Assembly: GCA_043228905.1 (NCBI GenBank)
Contig: JBHGNT010000007.1
Coordinates: forward strand, 8,680,001-8,744,000
Direction of reading: 5' to 3'
DNA from: Azolla caroliniana
Lineage: Eukaryota; Plantae; Polypodiophyta
Length of the DNA: 64,000 bases
The translations under genes were made by a program, and so were the position numbers. Positions within the stretch are counted from its first letter, which is position 1; the number at the start of each line of letters is the position of its first letter. The notes beneath the pieces were generated by a model. That model was not told the origin of the DNA. It made no database searches and worked only from the letters and a program-made list of their open reading frames with translations. Positions 37,822 through 50,235 of the stretch are shown one piece after another.

Positions 37822-38774
37822 ATGTGTTCACATATACGAATAATACCTAATTTGTGAACTACGGGCCTTTACACCTAAAAGGTAATACAATATGAGGAGA
37901 AACAGTGGTTGGGACTATTCTTGCAAGAACTCAAGAGAACCAAGGACAAGTTGTTGATGTACAAGAATACAATCACACAAGCTCATCAACAAAGAACAAT
38001 CCTCCACAAATTGTTGATCTCACCACCCTTGTCATCGAGATATGAAAGCCCTTATTTCCTACCATCATAGGTGCTTCCCTTGCTTTGGAGATTTCTCCAT
38101 TCTGCATTGACTTATGCCAGATATGTTCCGAAGACAAATTACAATCTATCTAAATTGATAATCTCACATGTGTAGACAAAAGGATTCTTTACTAATTTCT
38201 ATTTTTATTTACATTTATTTTGGTTTGTTGTTCTCAAAGATGAGACAATATTTTTAAATGTAGTCTCTTGTTTGGTCTTATTCACCACTTTGGCTTCTTA
38301 AAAGATGTTAATATATTTTTAGTTCTTGCTTGACTGCTTTCTTCTTTTTTCCTCCTTCCTTTCTTAGGACATAGATAAGATATAAAGTTATGCATATGAG
38401 TAAGCCTAAAACATAAGGGTCAAGCCACCTCATTTGGTTGCCCATCCTAGGATGGTGAACCTATGTAAAGCCCTAAATGGGAACTTAAAGGGGGAATTTT
38501 TACAAGAGAAGAATACAACAGCAACGTGGCTCACAAATTCTTTTCACTTGATTAATACGAAGCTTGGTTAATTTCTTTTCTTTTCTCTCAGTTCATTTTA
38601 CTTGTATGATTTTGTTGCACTACCTACCAGCTATGTTATTTACATTTAATTAAGTATTAAATTGTCATGAGATCCATCAACAAAACCACGGCCCCTTCTC
38701 ACCACTTGCAGATAGAGGCCAGGTGCTTGTTCATAAACACACACCAATCACGCCATGTATAAAAACTATCATAG

Positions 38775-39681
38775 TCTAAGAGCAACAGGTTCTCTACCAT
38801 CTGAACTAAGCTGACATCATGCCAAGAAAAATGCACAATAGAGAAAGAAAACAAGAACAAACAAGATCACAACTAGACATTACTTTTACTCTGCATGTGT
38901 ATCCTCTCAACATCATCAGAAGCCAATGGGGCCAAGATAGTGCTACTTATGCATGTTCTACAACTCTGGACAATGAAAGTGCTCACTAAGATACAAATTG
39001 TGGCATTGTGTAGCTGTCTTCTATGGATTTATGTCAACAGGAAAAGATAATTTGACTTCAGTTAGCTGACTACAGCGGACATCTGTTGACATTGAATCAA
39101 ACGAGTGGTAGAGAACCATGGCAGTGAGCATCAACAAAGTATATCCCCGGAGACAAGCAGCAGCTGGGCACCTAACAATCCAACATTCAACGTGGTGGCA
39201 CTCAACAAACTTGAGTAGCATGAGGATCTAAGAGCAACAGGTTCTCTACCATCTGAACTAAGCTGACATCATGCCAAGAAAAATGCACAATAGAGAAAGA
39301 AAACAAGAACAAACAAGATCACAACTAGATATTACTTTTACTCTGCATGTGTATCCTCTCAACATCATCAGAAGCCAATGGGGCCAAGATAGTGCTACTT
39401 ATGCATGTTCTACAACTCTGGACAATGAAAGTGCTCACTAAGATACAAATTGTGGCATTGTGTAGCTGCCTTCTATGGATTTATGTCAACAGGAAAAGAT
39501 AATTTGACTACAGTTAGCTGACTACAGCGGACATCTGTTGACATTGAGTCAAACGAGTGGTAGAGAACCATGGCAGTGAGCATCAACAAAGTATATCCCC
39601 GGAGACAAGCAGCAGCTGGGCACCTGACAATCCAACAACATTCAACGTGGTGGCACTCAACAAACTTGAGTAGCATGAGGA
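38775..39681. repeat. 452-bp near-perfect tandem duplication in PTH intron 3
   Basis: Units 38775-39226 and 39227-39681; few substitutions, one 3-bp indel, TCT microhomology. Confidence 0.93.
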
Positions 39682-40110
39682 TCTCAATGAAAATTTGGCA
39701 TGAAGGCAGTTGAATTCGGGAGAACATATAGCTACCCACCCAACCCTAGCCTTATATATTGTGTGTCAGGTCATTACATAGAAAACCAAGGGCCCACACC
39801 CTAAGGTTAAGTCTACACATCCAAATTAGGACATACCTTTGCACCTTGTGTGCATCCTGCACAGTTCGGCACATGATAGCAACGAGGAAGAAATCTAGCA
39901 CATTATGAAAGTGCCTCTCATAGAGAGCATATTGTGTACATAATATAACATAGAATCACAAAGATACGTACAGACTCGAGTGAAAAACAAAACAAATTAA
40001 ATGTAGCAGCAGGCATAAATAAGCTCCCTGAAGGCTGACACACTGTTTAATTGCCCATGCTCTGAAACCTTTTCTAATTAAAAAATCAGACAAGTTGGTG
40101 ACAAACTCAC

Positions 40111-40178
40111 CGATTCTCCTATCAAATTCGCGTATGTTTGTGGTTTAGCTAACACAACGGGAACTCCTTTGATAGTTC
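40111..40178 (-). CDS. PTH: PTH exon 3
   Basis: GTIKGVPVVLAKPQTYANLIGES; TTGCAG acceptor, GTGAGT donor. Confidence 0.93.
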
Positions 40179-40258
40179 CTGCAAGACAAATTTCATCAAC
40201 ATAGACTCCTTTTATAGTACAAATATATTATGAATATTAAATGTTTCTCAAAAAATAC

Positions 40259-40343
40259 CTTCTCCTATATAAGCATTATGGAAATTTGTGCTGAATGAAA
40301 TCCCCTCAGCCATTGACAAGGCATCTATCATCTCAAATCCAAT
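40259..40343 (-). CDS. PTH: PTH exon 2
   Basis: IGFEMIDALSMAEGISFSTNFHNAYIGE; AG/GT boundaries. Confidence 0.92.
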
Positions 40344-40543
40344 CTATTACAAATTATATCATAAAGAATCAGGGGGAGATTTTCATGTTACTTAGAGTTT
40401 ATCTTAATTCACATTATGAGATCTTTTATCATAGCTATTCAAACTTAAAGAATAACAAACATAAGTCATATGCACTTTGAAAAACCAAATAACTAGGCAA
40501 CACCGAAGACTCCAATAGCCCAAAGAAAAAATATCCAAGGATC

Positions 40544-41208
40544 TGTTAGATATAGTCAATGATCACCCCCAGTTGTCATCTGCACATGCATTCTTAGAGT
40601 GCACATTTTGTGATAACATCCCAAAAGAGAAGCACCTATTGTGTGACCTGACCATATGGTTTGATAGGGTGTCAATGTGGGAAACTGCAGATAAGTCAAA
40701 CAGAGTGTATTTACGAAAGAGGGACGTAGGGTAATGGGATTGACTAGTCAAGCCGCCTAGAAGAATATTCTTTGCTGGCAGTTTTAAATGTACTTAGCCT
40801 TGAAGTATGTGCTATTGACTTTAAAATAAGTACTATTTAGCACTAGCTTGTATCTAGGGACTTAGGTCATATTAAATGACAAGTCGGTTGACAAAATAAG
40901 AATAGCCCCACTATTATCAATTAACTTGCACAAAACATAGTTATCCACCCTCTTTCTCTTATGCTTAGCTGATGTACTATTATCTGTGTCAACTAACTCT
41001 ATAGTTGACTAGTCCAGATCCCTCTGAACTCTAAGGTGTGTGCCCATGGGAGAACTACCATAATTAAGCTACTCTCATATGTAATAGAAAGTTTGTGTTG
41101 ACACCTATACATCTCTGTCAATGTAACCTATATGACTATCTAGTCGACTCTCAATATTTACTTAGTGGGCTTGACCTCTACACAGTTGACCCACACATTT
41201 TTCTAACA
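40544..41208. mobile_element. Solo LTR in PTH intron 1
   Basis: tgttaga...tctaaca inverted termini; flanks GGATC / GGTTC (5-bp TSD with 1 mismatch); GTCAAC/GTTGAC-rich. Confidence 0.75.
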
Positions 41209-41725
41209 GGTTCAGTTTTCCTCAGTTCAATCAATCTTGCCTTTTCCAGCTAACTTAGCAAACTGCTTAACTCCATCTGCCAAAATAAGACAGAAATTTT
41301 CTTTAAAAGAAGCAAATCCTAAAAGAAGTATATACGTTTTAAACTAAACTCTAAAACTTTGGTATTTTTCCCCATTTTCACACAGTTATACACCAGTAGA
41401 ATTGAAGTATACAGGTTGCATATGATTCTCTGGATATATAACTTTCATCACACATACTCTAGAATTAAAACTACTCAATTTCATCTATTGTTTATCATTA
41501 TAATTTAGATCTTGACATTTTCTTTTGTCATGGATAACGTGATGTACAATTTGTTCATGGGCCAATTTTGGTCTCTTGTAAACTAAAACCCTCTCCCTCA
41601 GTCTTAGTGTTTCTAGAAAGTGGAAGAAGGAAAACAAAGTTTTTATGCCCTTCAAAGATTTTACAAGTACATATTGAAAGCAAAACATACGAGAAAAGGA
41701 GAAGCATGGGATGGACATAGCTTAC

Positions 41726-41944
41726 ATTGTGACGCGTTCCCCGAAACTTGAGGCCAGGGTTACCAACGCCCACAAAGAGCCATGGAAGCTTCGCCGTTTC
41801 TTCAACCTTCTTCTCCTCCTCATTCTGGAGAAGAGTTGCGAACAACCGATTGCAGGACTGAGGAATGCGAAGGAGATGGCGATGGCGATGGCGATGGTGG
41901 TGGAGACTGAGAGATATGACTGAAGACAGGCAGCAGAAGAACAT
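41726..41944 (-). CDS. PTH: PTH exon 1 (transit-peptide-like N-terminus and start of Pth domain)
   Basis: MFFCCLSSVISLSLHHHRHRHRH...PWLFVGVGNPGLKFRGTRHN; donor GTAAGC; start codon inferred (alternative upstream start at 42001). Confidence 0.9.
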
Positions 41945-43231
41945 CAGGAAGACAATTCTCTCTCTCTCTCTCTCTCTCTCTCGTATGGGCTTTGTGTCCA
42001 CTTTTCCTTGGGTGACACTTTGCGTGGGTGTCCATGTATGTATGTATGTTGTGTGAAGCTATGGGAATGTAATGTAAGTGTACACCCAACCATTCCTTGG
42101 GCTTCATGAGTGCACACTCCTAGGTACATCACATCCCGCTCAGCCTCCATGACAATGTGGCTATGACCCTTGTTAACCTTAAGCACACGCGATCCTCGCA
42201 GGACCCAAGGTACTACCGCATCAGCCCACAAATGGTATTTTCAAAGGTATTTTGGATTGTATACTCAAATTCTCACTTGGTGAATGGACACCGGAATTTG
42301 ATCACATGAATGTAATTTGATCACAAGACATTCATGTATTGACCTCGAATGGTATTAAATGGTATTTTGGATTGCATACTCAAATTCTCACTTGGTGAAT
42401 GGACACCGAAATTTGATTGCATGACTTCATATATTGACCCCAAATGTATTAAATGGTTTTTTGAGTCTGAGAATGTAATTGAAGGTATCAAATAAACATA
42501 TTTACGCATATTTATCTTCCAAAATGGTTGAGGATATATTACAAATGACAAAGACACAATGTGGTTCAACTCTTGAATGTAAATGGGAAGCTTTCAAGAA
42601 AGATGTTTTCTCATGCCCAAACGAATGCTTTTCTATCAAGCACAAACCTTGGAAAGGCATCAAGAAATGTAGTTCAAAGAAAAAATAGTTTAATAAGGAA
42701 TTCCATGATGCTTGAAGATGTCTTATGATTTTGGATGTAGTAAAGGATGTAATATGTGTAGAGAAATGTATCGTAGACAAACAAGAAAGATAGACTGAAA
42801 TGAACAAGAACAAAAAACAAAATACACAATACACAAGATTTACATGGAAACCCTAAACAAAGGGGAAAACCACAGGGCAATAGATCTTTACTATGTGACA
42901 GAGATACAATAGATTACAAGTCTCTGAGAATTAGAGGGTCACCACTTAGGATTCGCATAATGAGTATCACTCACTCTCTCTTTCTCTCTCTTGTCTCCTT
43001 GCTACTCTCTATGTATATTATGTTCAACGCCTTCTTCGCTACACAACTACTGCTACAATAGACCACGTGTAGTTTGCCCTAGTTCTACATATTTATAGAA
43101 GGAATAAGTTATTATTATATTATAATAATAACAGTTAATTGGCGGACAGGTCGACTCGATTAGCCGACTCCTATGTCAACTATCCAGTCAACCCGACTAG
43201 CAGACCTTTTCATTGACCATCCAGTCAACGT

Positions 43232-44320
43232 TGTCATGAAGATTTTCTGCAATGGTGTGAAAATCACATAAAACTACAAAAAGATGGAGGTCTTGAAGAG
43301 CTTTCGGATGCATTTTATCACATAAGAAATGGACATCTAAGTGTCAACTTATGTGGGTAGGAAATTTGCAAAGACAAAGAGAAAATAAAATTGTGAGATA
43401 TCCCACATAGACAAGATAAATAAGGATCTCACCATATATAAGGTCTAAGAGCAAAAGCTATTATCTCTTGTGTCTATTTGTGGAGCATAGAGAGTTCAAG
43501 GTGACTTGAACTAAGCTATTGGATGAATGGGTGTGGCTTGGCTACTTGCAAAGGTTTTGGGGAACTGGCGACGGAGCCGATGGCAACCAACATTTGACGA
43601 CCGGACGGTAACCGACATCTGGCGACGGAATCTGACAATAATCAGCATCCGGCATCCAGCGACAGAACCGATGGCAACCAACATCTGACGACCGGACGGT
43701 AACCGACATCTAGCGACGGAATCTGACAATAATCAACATCCGACATCCAGCCCAAACAGTAATCGGCATCTAGATGGATAAATCAATATATATACATATA
43801 CACAAGGAGGGAAAGTAAGGATTTGAACCTTGCACCTCCAAGTTGAGGGTCAATAGGCTTACCACTAAGCCAACACATTTTCTTGGACATATATTTTTAT
43901 CATTGTAACTTTACATGTAAATTCTCATACATGAGAGCTAAAATGAGTGACATGGTTATCATGCACCAAATGGTATACATGAGCGCCAAATGGCAAACAT
44001 GCATTTTATGAATGTCTTGTACCCTCACATGCATGAGGGCATCTATAAAAGAGAGGAGGGAAAAAGATAAAAGGACTAATGTAAAATTTTTGGATGATCA
44101 AATAAGAGACTTGTAACCCTATTGTTGATGTATCGTCTCTCTCAAATCTAAAATCAAGAGTTAAATCTTTATTTCAGTATCTCTCTCCTTCCATATCAAT
44201 CTCTCTCAATCTATCTTAAATACTTTCTCGCTAAAACTAGCATAAACTTCGAATCCTTCCGGTCTAGAACCCCGGCGGTTCCGCCTCACGATCCGCGCCT
44301 AGTGACGGATCTTCACGACA
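43232..44320 (+). repeat. 5' LTR of element D (1089 bp)
   Basis: tgtcatgaag...cttcacgaca; TATA-like CTATAAAA near 44043; GC-rich internal repeats 43560-43770. Confidence 0.93.
43819..43872 (-). promoter_or_regulatory. tRNA-type Pol III internal promoter (A box and B box) inside the LTR, antisense
   Basis: A box TGGCTTAGTGG (43872-43862), B box GGTTCAAATCC (43829-43819), 32 nt apart; degenerate copy at about 55027-55080. Confidence 0.65.
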
Positions 44321-44328
44321 TAATTAAG

Positions 44329-44346
44329 TGGTGAACCCAACGTGAA
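44329..44346 (+). promoter_or_regulatory. PBS complementary to tRNA-Trp
   Basis: TGGTGAACCCAACGTGAA, 1 mismatch to TGGTGAACCCGACGTGAA (plant tRNA-Trp 3' end from memory). Confidence 0.8.
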
Positions 44347-44392
44347 AGAGGCGGTAGGAAGGATCAAGTCGAGGATCAACCAATACTTGGAG

Positions 44393-45450
44393 ATGGCATC
44401 CTCAAGTAATCAAGCGGGAGAATTTGAAATGATGATGATAATCGTCGAACAAATGATGAGATCTCGAGACAACGATGCGAGTGTGGAGAAGGCCATCAAT
44501 CGTGTCGTAGAGGTCGAGGGTCAATTTGATGGAAGGAATGTTGCGAAGTTCCTTGACGCATACGAAGGGAGATGAATCAAAGAGATGTGTCTGAAGCACG
44601 GAAAATCACGAGTTTCAAGAGGGTGGTCTCCCACAACATCCAAAGACGCGTCATCGAGCTTCAAGAAGGTAAGATAACATGGTCCAAGTTTGAGAAAGCG
44701 ATATTAGCGGAGTTCGTGATTGAAGACTCAACGAGGATGACTCGACATGCCCTCATGAAGTGGATAGAGAAGAAAAATAAGAAGATGCGCGCCTCGAGGG
44801 TGTACGACGAATTCGACCAAATGTTTCGTCGTTTCCCCGCCATAGACCAAGTGCTACTTGAGGAGGACAAAACTTTGTACTTCCTAAAGGTTGTGGGTAT
44901 AAAGGATAGACGAGAACTGGGTACTCTCCTCGAAGATGATACCCAAGCAAATGGGCTTGTGGCGGACTGGGTCGCGGTGAAGTGAGCATGCAATAGGCTC
45001 GACAAGCGTCGTCAGTGGGTTGATGACACCGACTTGGTGGGATCGATTGTCGCGGAGAAAACTAGACAACCGAAAGTAGTTGAGCCGCCCAAACAAAGCA
45101 ACCCGGAAGAAAAGAAGATTGATGACGACATCATTGAAGAGCTAGCGAAGAAGTTCAAGATGGTCACGCTAGCCAACATGAATCATCGGGGCCCCAAAGG
45201 AAAAGAACCCTTTAGATGTGTGTGGTGCAATAGCATGGATCACATGAGAAGGGATTGCGCGAGCCTTCGAGAGGCGATCTGACAAAATATCATATACATA
45301 GATGACAACATGATTTGTTTGACTGAAACTCGAAGACCCCTACGGGTGAATTTCAGAAGAGGGGGAATGAAGAAATCTATGGAAGATGCTGAGGCGACTC
45401 ATATGGATGTGATGCACTATGTTGCAACGGCCAAAATAAGAGTCGGGTTC
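44393..45450 (+). pseudogene. gag of element D, frameshifted
   Basis: GQFDGRNVAKFLDAYE, TWSKFEKAILAEF, knuckle CVWCNSMDHMRRDC. Confidence 0.8.
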
Positions 45451-48400
45451 ATTTTGTTAGGAATTTTTCTAGGGTTAGTAACTTTCTTGTATTCTTCTTC
45501 TTCTTCTTCTCCTTCTTGAGAAGTTGGGCGTCGTAGCCATGGCGGTAAAGCTGTTAGGGTTAACTTCTTTTCTTCTAAGCGTAGCCAGCTCGAGGTTGGG
45601 GTTGTATCTTCCCTCTTTGTAATATATACACTCATATCTATTTGTGCATAAGAGTCGGTGTCGCGTGTGCATGCTCTCTCTCTCTCTCTCTCGTGTTCGG
45701 TTGCCTCCGAATCATGTCCGGAGTCGGTTTTCTTGGCGTCTCGTTCTCCCTCGCCCGAGACCCTCGTGGTCCCACCCCTTCTACACGCACGCGCGTAACA
45801 ACGCGACATCTTTGGTGAACCCGACGTGAAAGGGCGGCAAGGGAGAATGGAGTTGAAAGAAGACGACTTCGCACAACTTTTTGTTGAAGCGGTGAGGGAG
45901 TTTGGACAAGCAACAACAAGAAGAGAGACGGCGCAACAAGCTAATGAGCGAGTGGTTGAAAGAGTCGGCTGTTTCAACGGGGACAAGGTCCCATTCTACT
46001 TGGAAGCCTACAACGCGGAAATGGAGGAGTGAGACGTAGACGAGGCGTTGAGGCTGGAGTTCTTCTGTCGGGTCGTCGTCGTCCGTATGCACGAGGAAGT
46101 GAAGGAGCTCTGAGAAGCTCATAGTTCGTGGGAGGCCTTCGAAGAGGCGCTCCTGCAGGCATATGGAGGACTTCAGAATAATCGGGGACGACGCGACTTC
46201 GACCAGTGGGTGACATCGGCGAAGACCCACCAGGGCGCAACGAAGGCGTTCCGAGAGTTCAAGCGACGACTTGCTCAGCTCCCGGAGCGGGAACAAGGTT
46301 TGGTGGGGGTGGACAGAGTCATGTTGTTCGTTAAGTCGATCGACTGAGCGGAACGGGAGGCCATCGGGATTGAGCTCGAAGATGAGGACAGAGCGAATGG
46401 CCTTACGGAGGACTGGTCGAAGGTCGAAAGGGTATGCCAATGGCTAGATGACGAGCGGGCCGAGAAGGCTAGGAGGAAGGCGCGCGACGGCGTGCCATCA
46501 TAGCGGGAAGAAGCCGAATGGCAAAGAGAGTCAGCAAGGCTCGGCTTCGGGGCCAGGTTTGCAAAGGCGTATGCAGCTCTCACGGCAATCCTTGAGGCAG
46601 AGGAAAGAATGAGGCCGCAAGCCGACGTCGAGGAGACGGTCTTGCCCCACGAGATGGCAGAAGATTGGTACGACGGTACCACAAGAGAGGGTGCAGAACA
46701 AAACGCCCTCTCGGCTTGCGGAGACGGAACGACCAAGGACAAGGCTGAGATACCGATCGTAGAATCGGAACGTTGGGACCGGTGGTTTCGGGCATGTTAG
46801 CCCGAAACTCCGGACATTGGAGAAGCAAGCCTAGGTGGGGCTTGCGCGATCGGTAAGAAGACGGCCACCAACTATGAGGAGCCAGTGCCTATATACAAGG
46901 GCGCAAATAGGACGAGCGATTCTATGCGTCTTCCCACACTTGCTCCCAAGACGATGGCAATCGGGCCCGAGTGCCCACGTGAGTCCCAAGAGGAGGAAGG
47001 CGGTGGTGTGAGACCTAGAGTCGTCGGCGAGATTATACAAGGAAGGAGCGAACAAAAGCCCTCGGAACCGATTCCGGAGAACTTGGCATTCAGGCTCTTA
47101 TGCCCATGTGAGACCAAGGAGATGGATGACAGTATCGAGGATTCTTGGCACGATGCCAGTGAAGATGGATGGGAAATGGCCCGCAGGGAGGTCGATGGAG
47201 GAACCGGGACACGACCCGAACGGGGACTGAACCACGCGGCATTCCGATTCGGGTGGAGCGCGATCCGGTCGTGGATTGTTCGACCGGGGCCAAAATCGGC
47301 TTGAGGGTGCTGATACGGGAGAGGGTGCGGAACGAACCGCCCTATTTTAAATGGGGAGAAAGACCGACCGGGCTAAGGTCGGGAATCGAAAGGAAGGTGA
47401 TCAAGGGTTCAGAACGACCGGCGGTTTCGGGCACGTCAGCCTGAAACTCCAGACATTGGAGAATCAAGCCTAGGCGGGGCTTGGTTGATCACAGTGCGGA
47501 TGTTATCCACCGACACCACTAAAAGGGTCGGTGGCCTGGGACGAGTCGCCGGAGGACGTTACGAAATCGGTTACCCCACATCTTGACCGGAGACTTCGGC
47601 AGTTCAAGCCAACAAGGCAACGTGAGTCCGAAAGAGAAGGGAGATGGTAGGGGAGTGTAAGGAAGGGATCAACGACGACGGGGAAAAATGAAAGACGCGG
47701 TTGACTAAAGTATGGGTCCTCCACACTGATTCCCGAGACTTAGGCAGTTGCGTCTGAGAACCAACGAAAGACCTAAGAGACAGAAAGTGGTGGCGAGGGC
47801 GCGGAGGTCACGACCAATACAACTGATCCGGAAGCAAAGAACGAAGACCGGTCCTATGGGTCACCTCACACCGGGCTAGAGACTTCGGCGGTCGGCATCG
47901 GATCCGACGTAAGACCAAGATACTGACGATGGCGGCAGGAGAACGGGAACCGGCAATCCAGAGAGTGACGGATGGACCTGGACGAGAACCGGGCGGAGCG
48001 GACTTCCAGATAACCAATTCAGGAGGGAGGAGAGAGCAGGCCTATAGAGAAGCTAGGAACACGGTACGTCAATACCACGGGAGAGGGTGTGGAGCGAGCC
48101 ACCCTCTCGACTTGCAGAGAAAGACGACCCAGGACAAGGGTCTGATATACGAAAGCCCAAGGAGAATCCTTCACACCGGATCTAGAGACTTCGGCCGTCA
48201 ACAGCAGAGCCGACGTAAGACCAAGAGACTGACGGTGACAGCGAGGGACGAGGGCAAAGGCAGCGAAAGACCGGTCCTATGGGATCCTCACACCGATCTA
48301 GAGACATCGGTAGTTCAAGCCGACGTGGCAACGTGAGCCCGAGTGTGAAGGATAGTGGCAGCAGGAAACGGGAATCGGCGATGCGGGCAACGTGGATGGG

Positions 48401-50036
48401 CGATCCTATGGCGATCCTCACACCAATCTGGAGACACCGACAGTTCAAGCCGATGTGGCAACGTGAGACCGAGTGAGAAGGATGGTGGCGGCAGTGAACG
48501 GGATCAAGCAGGAGGGGCGAAGGTGGAGTGGCAAGGGGGTATCGGGCCGGCACGACGGCCACTAACTGAACTCGGGCCTTCCGGCAAAGAAACAAAGGGG
48601 TGAGTCGGGAACCGACCCGACCGGAAGACAATGCGGAAGTCGGGAGAAGGGAAGAGAGACGTTCATATGGGATCCTCACACCGATCCGGAGACACCAACA
48701 GTTCAAGCCGACGTGGCAACATGAGACCAAGTGAGAAGGATGGTGGCTGCAGGAAACAGGACCCGACAACACGAAAGAGTGGATCAGGAGCCGACAAGAC
48801 AGGAGCTGGCAAGGCCAGAGTTGACAAGGGCGAAACCCTTACCGACCGGTTATGGGTTCGGAAGGGAGCCGGTAAAGGGTGAGCAAGGAGCGGTGTGCCA
48901 AGACGGATGGGCACAACCGGGAGTGGATCGAGAGACGTGCATGTGGTCATTAAGGGCCGAAGGAAGCATGAGTACGGGATGGTGTTCGGCACATGGCAGT
49001 GCCAGGAACGAGGTAATAGGCACACAATGGACTACACGGGTCAGAGACCGGAAATGATATCATGGGCCGGAGAAGGATCCTCCACACCCGCTTCGGAGAT
49101 CTCAACGGCCTAGTCAAAGTGGCAACGAATGGCGTGGCAAGCCAAGCCTGAGATGACAAGTTGGTTGGGGCGAGGGGACGACGGCAAGCAAAAGGCTCCA
49201 GACCGGTCGCAGCAGCGCGAGACGAAAGGGAGCCAAGCGGGCTACTACGGGGTGTTCCTTGGACACGGAGGACACCGGTATGCGGAGAGGAAGGTGATGC
49301 ACGATCTGGCCGGGCAAGGGCTGACAACACATGCGAAAAGGGTCACCGGAGTTGGCACGGCGGTGCCGAACAAGGGCAACGAAAGACGGCACACGATGGT
49401 GCCAGGAACGGGAGTACAGATGCAAAGGGTGGCCGCTGGTTCAAGTGATCTTGCGTAGAAGGCCAGAGAGGGATCCTCCACACTGGTTCCAGAGACCTTG
49501 GTAGTTCGACCGCCATGGCTATGTAAGACCAAGGAGAAGGTAGGTGGTGACGAGGGGACGAAGGCGATGGAGATCAGCGTGGGACAAGAACCGGGACGAC
49601 GCGAAGGTCGACGGAGGCCAAGCGGGCCATTATGGGTGCTCCTCGGACGAGGGACACCATGTATCCGGAGGAATAGGAAGCGTGCAGGCGGTCAAGAGAA
49701 GGGCCAACAAGGGAGCACGCGTAGGAGGGATCGCGGCAAACGACCTATCGACGGGTCGAACGAGCCTACGGGGAGGCAAACGTGGAGACGGAATTTTTGT
49801 TAGGAATTTTTCTAGGGTTAGTAACTTTCTTGTATTCTTCTTCTTCTTCTTCTCCTTCTTGAGAAGTTGGGCGCCGCAACCATGGCGGCAAAGCTATTAG
49901 GGTTAAGTTCTTTTCTTCTGAGCGTAGCCAGCTCGAGGCCGGGGTTGTATCTTCCCTCTTTGTAATATATACACTCATATCTGTTTGTGCATAAGAGTCG
50001 GTGTCGCGCGTGCATGTTCTCTCTCTCCCTTCCTCT

Positions 50037-50118
<82 letters not shown>

Positions 50119-50231
50119 TTCGGTTGCCTCCGGGTCATGTCCGGAGTCGATTTTCTTGGCATCTCGTTCTCCCTCGTCTGAGACCCCTATGATCGTGCCC
50201 CTTCTACACACACAAGCATAACAATGCGACA
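45451..50231 (+). mobile_element. Non-autonomous gag-only LTR element E nested in D; left junction apparently deleted
   Basis: Direct repeats about 45451-45808 and 49793-50231 ending GCGACA; PBS TGGTGAACCCGACGTGAA 45813-45830; gag-like GCFNGDKVPFYLEAYNAEM similar to D gag; no pol motifs; followed by ACGT 50232-50235. Confidence 0.85.
47569..49530 (+). repeat. Array of about 9 degenerate about 55-bp repeats separated by variable GC-rich spacers
   Basis: Consensus GGGATCCTCACACCGATCTAGAGAC...CAGTTCAAGCCGACGTGGCAACG at about 47570, 47713, 47857, 48163, 48280, 48409, 48668, 49075, 49469. Confidence 0.8.
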
Positions 50232-50235
50232 ACGT

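Noticed and set aside
39021-39739. Duplicated small gene (66 and 88 aa ORFs)
   Set aside because: By-product of an intronic tandem duplication; no recognisable domain or splice support.
45455-45460. TGTTAG as the true start of element E with its own TSD
   Set aside because: The left flank (ATTT) does not match the right flank (ACGT), LTR similarity extends a few bases further left, and host gag sequence appears to be missing, so a junction deletion is more likely.
47569-49530. CRISPR array
   Set aside because: Repeats are long and degenerate, spacers vary widely in length, there are no cas genes, and the context is a eukaryotic retroelement.
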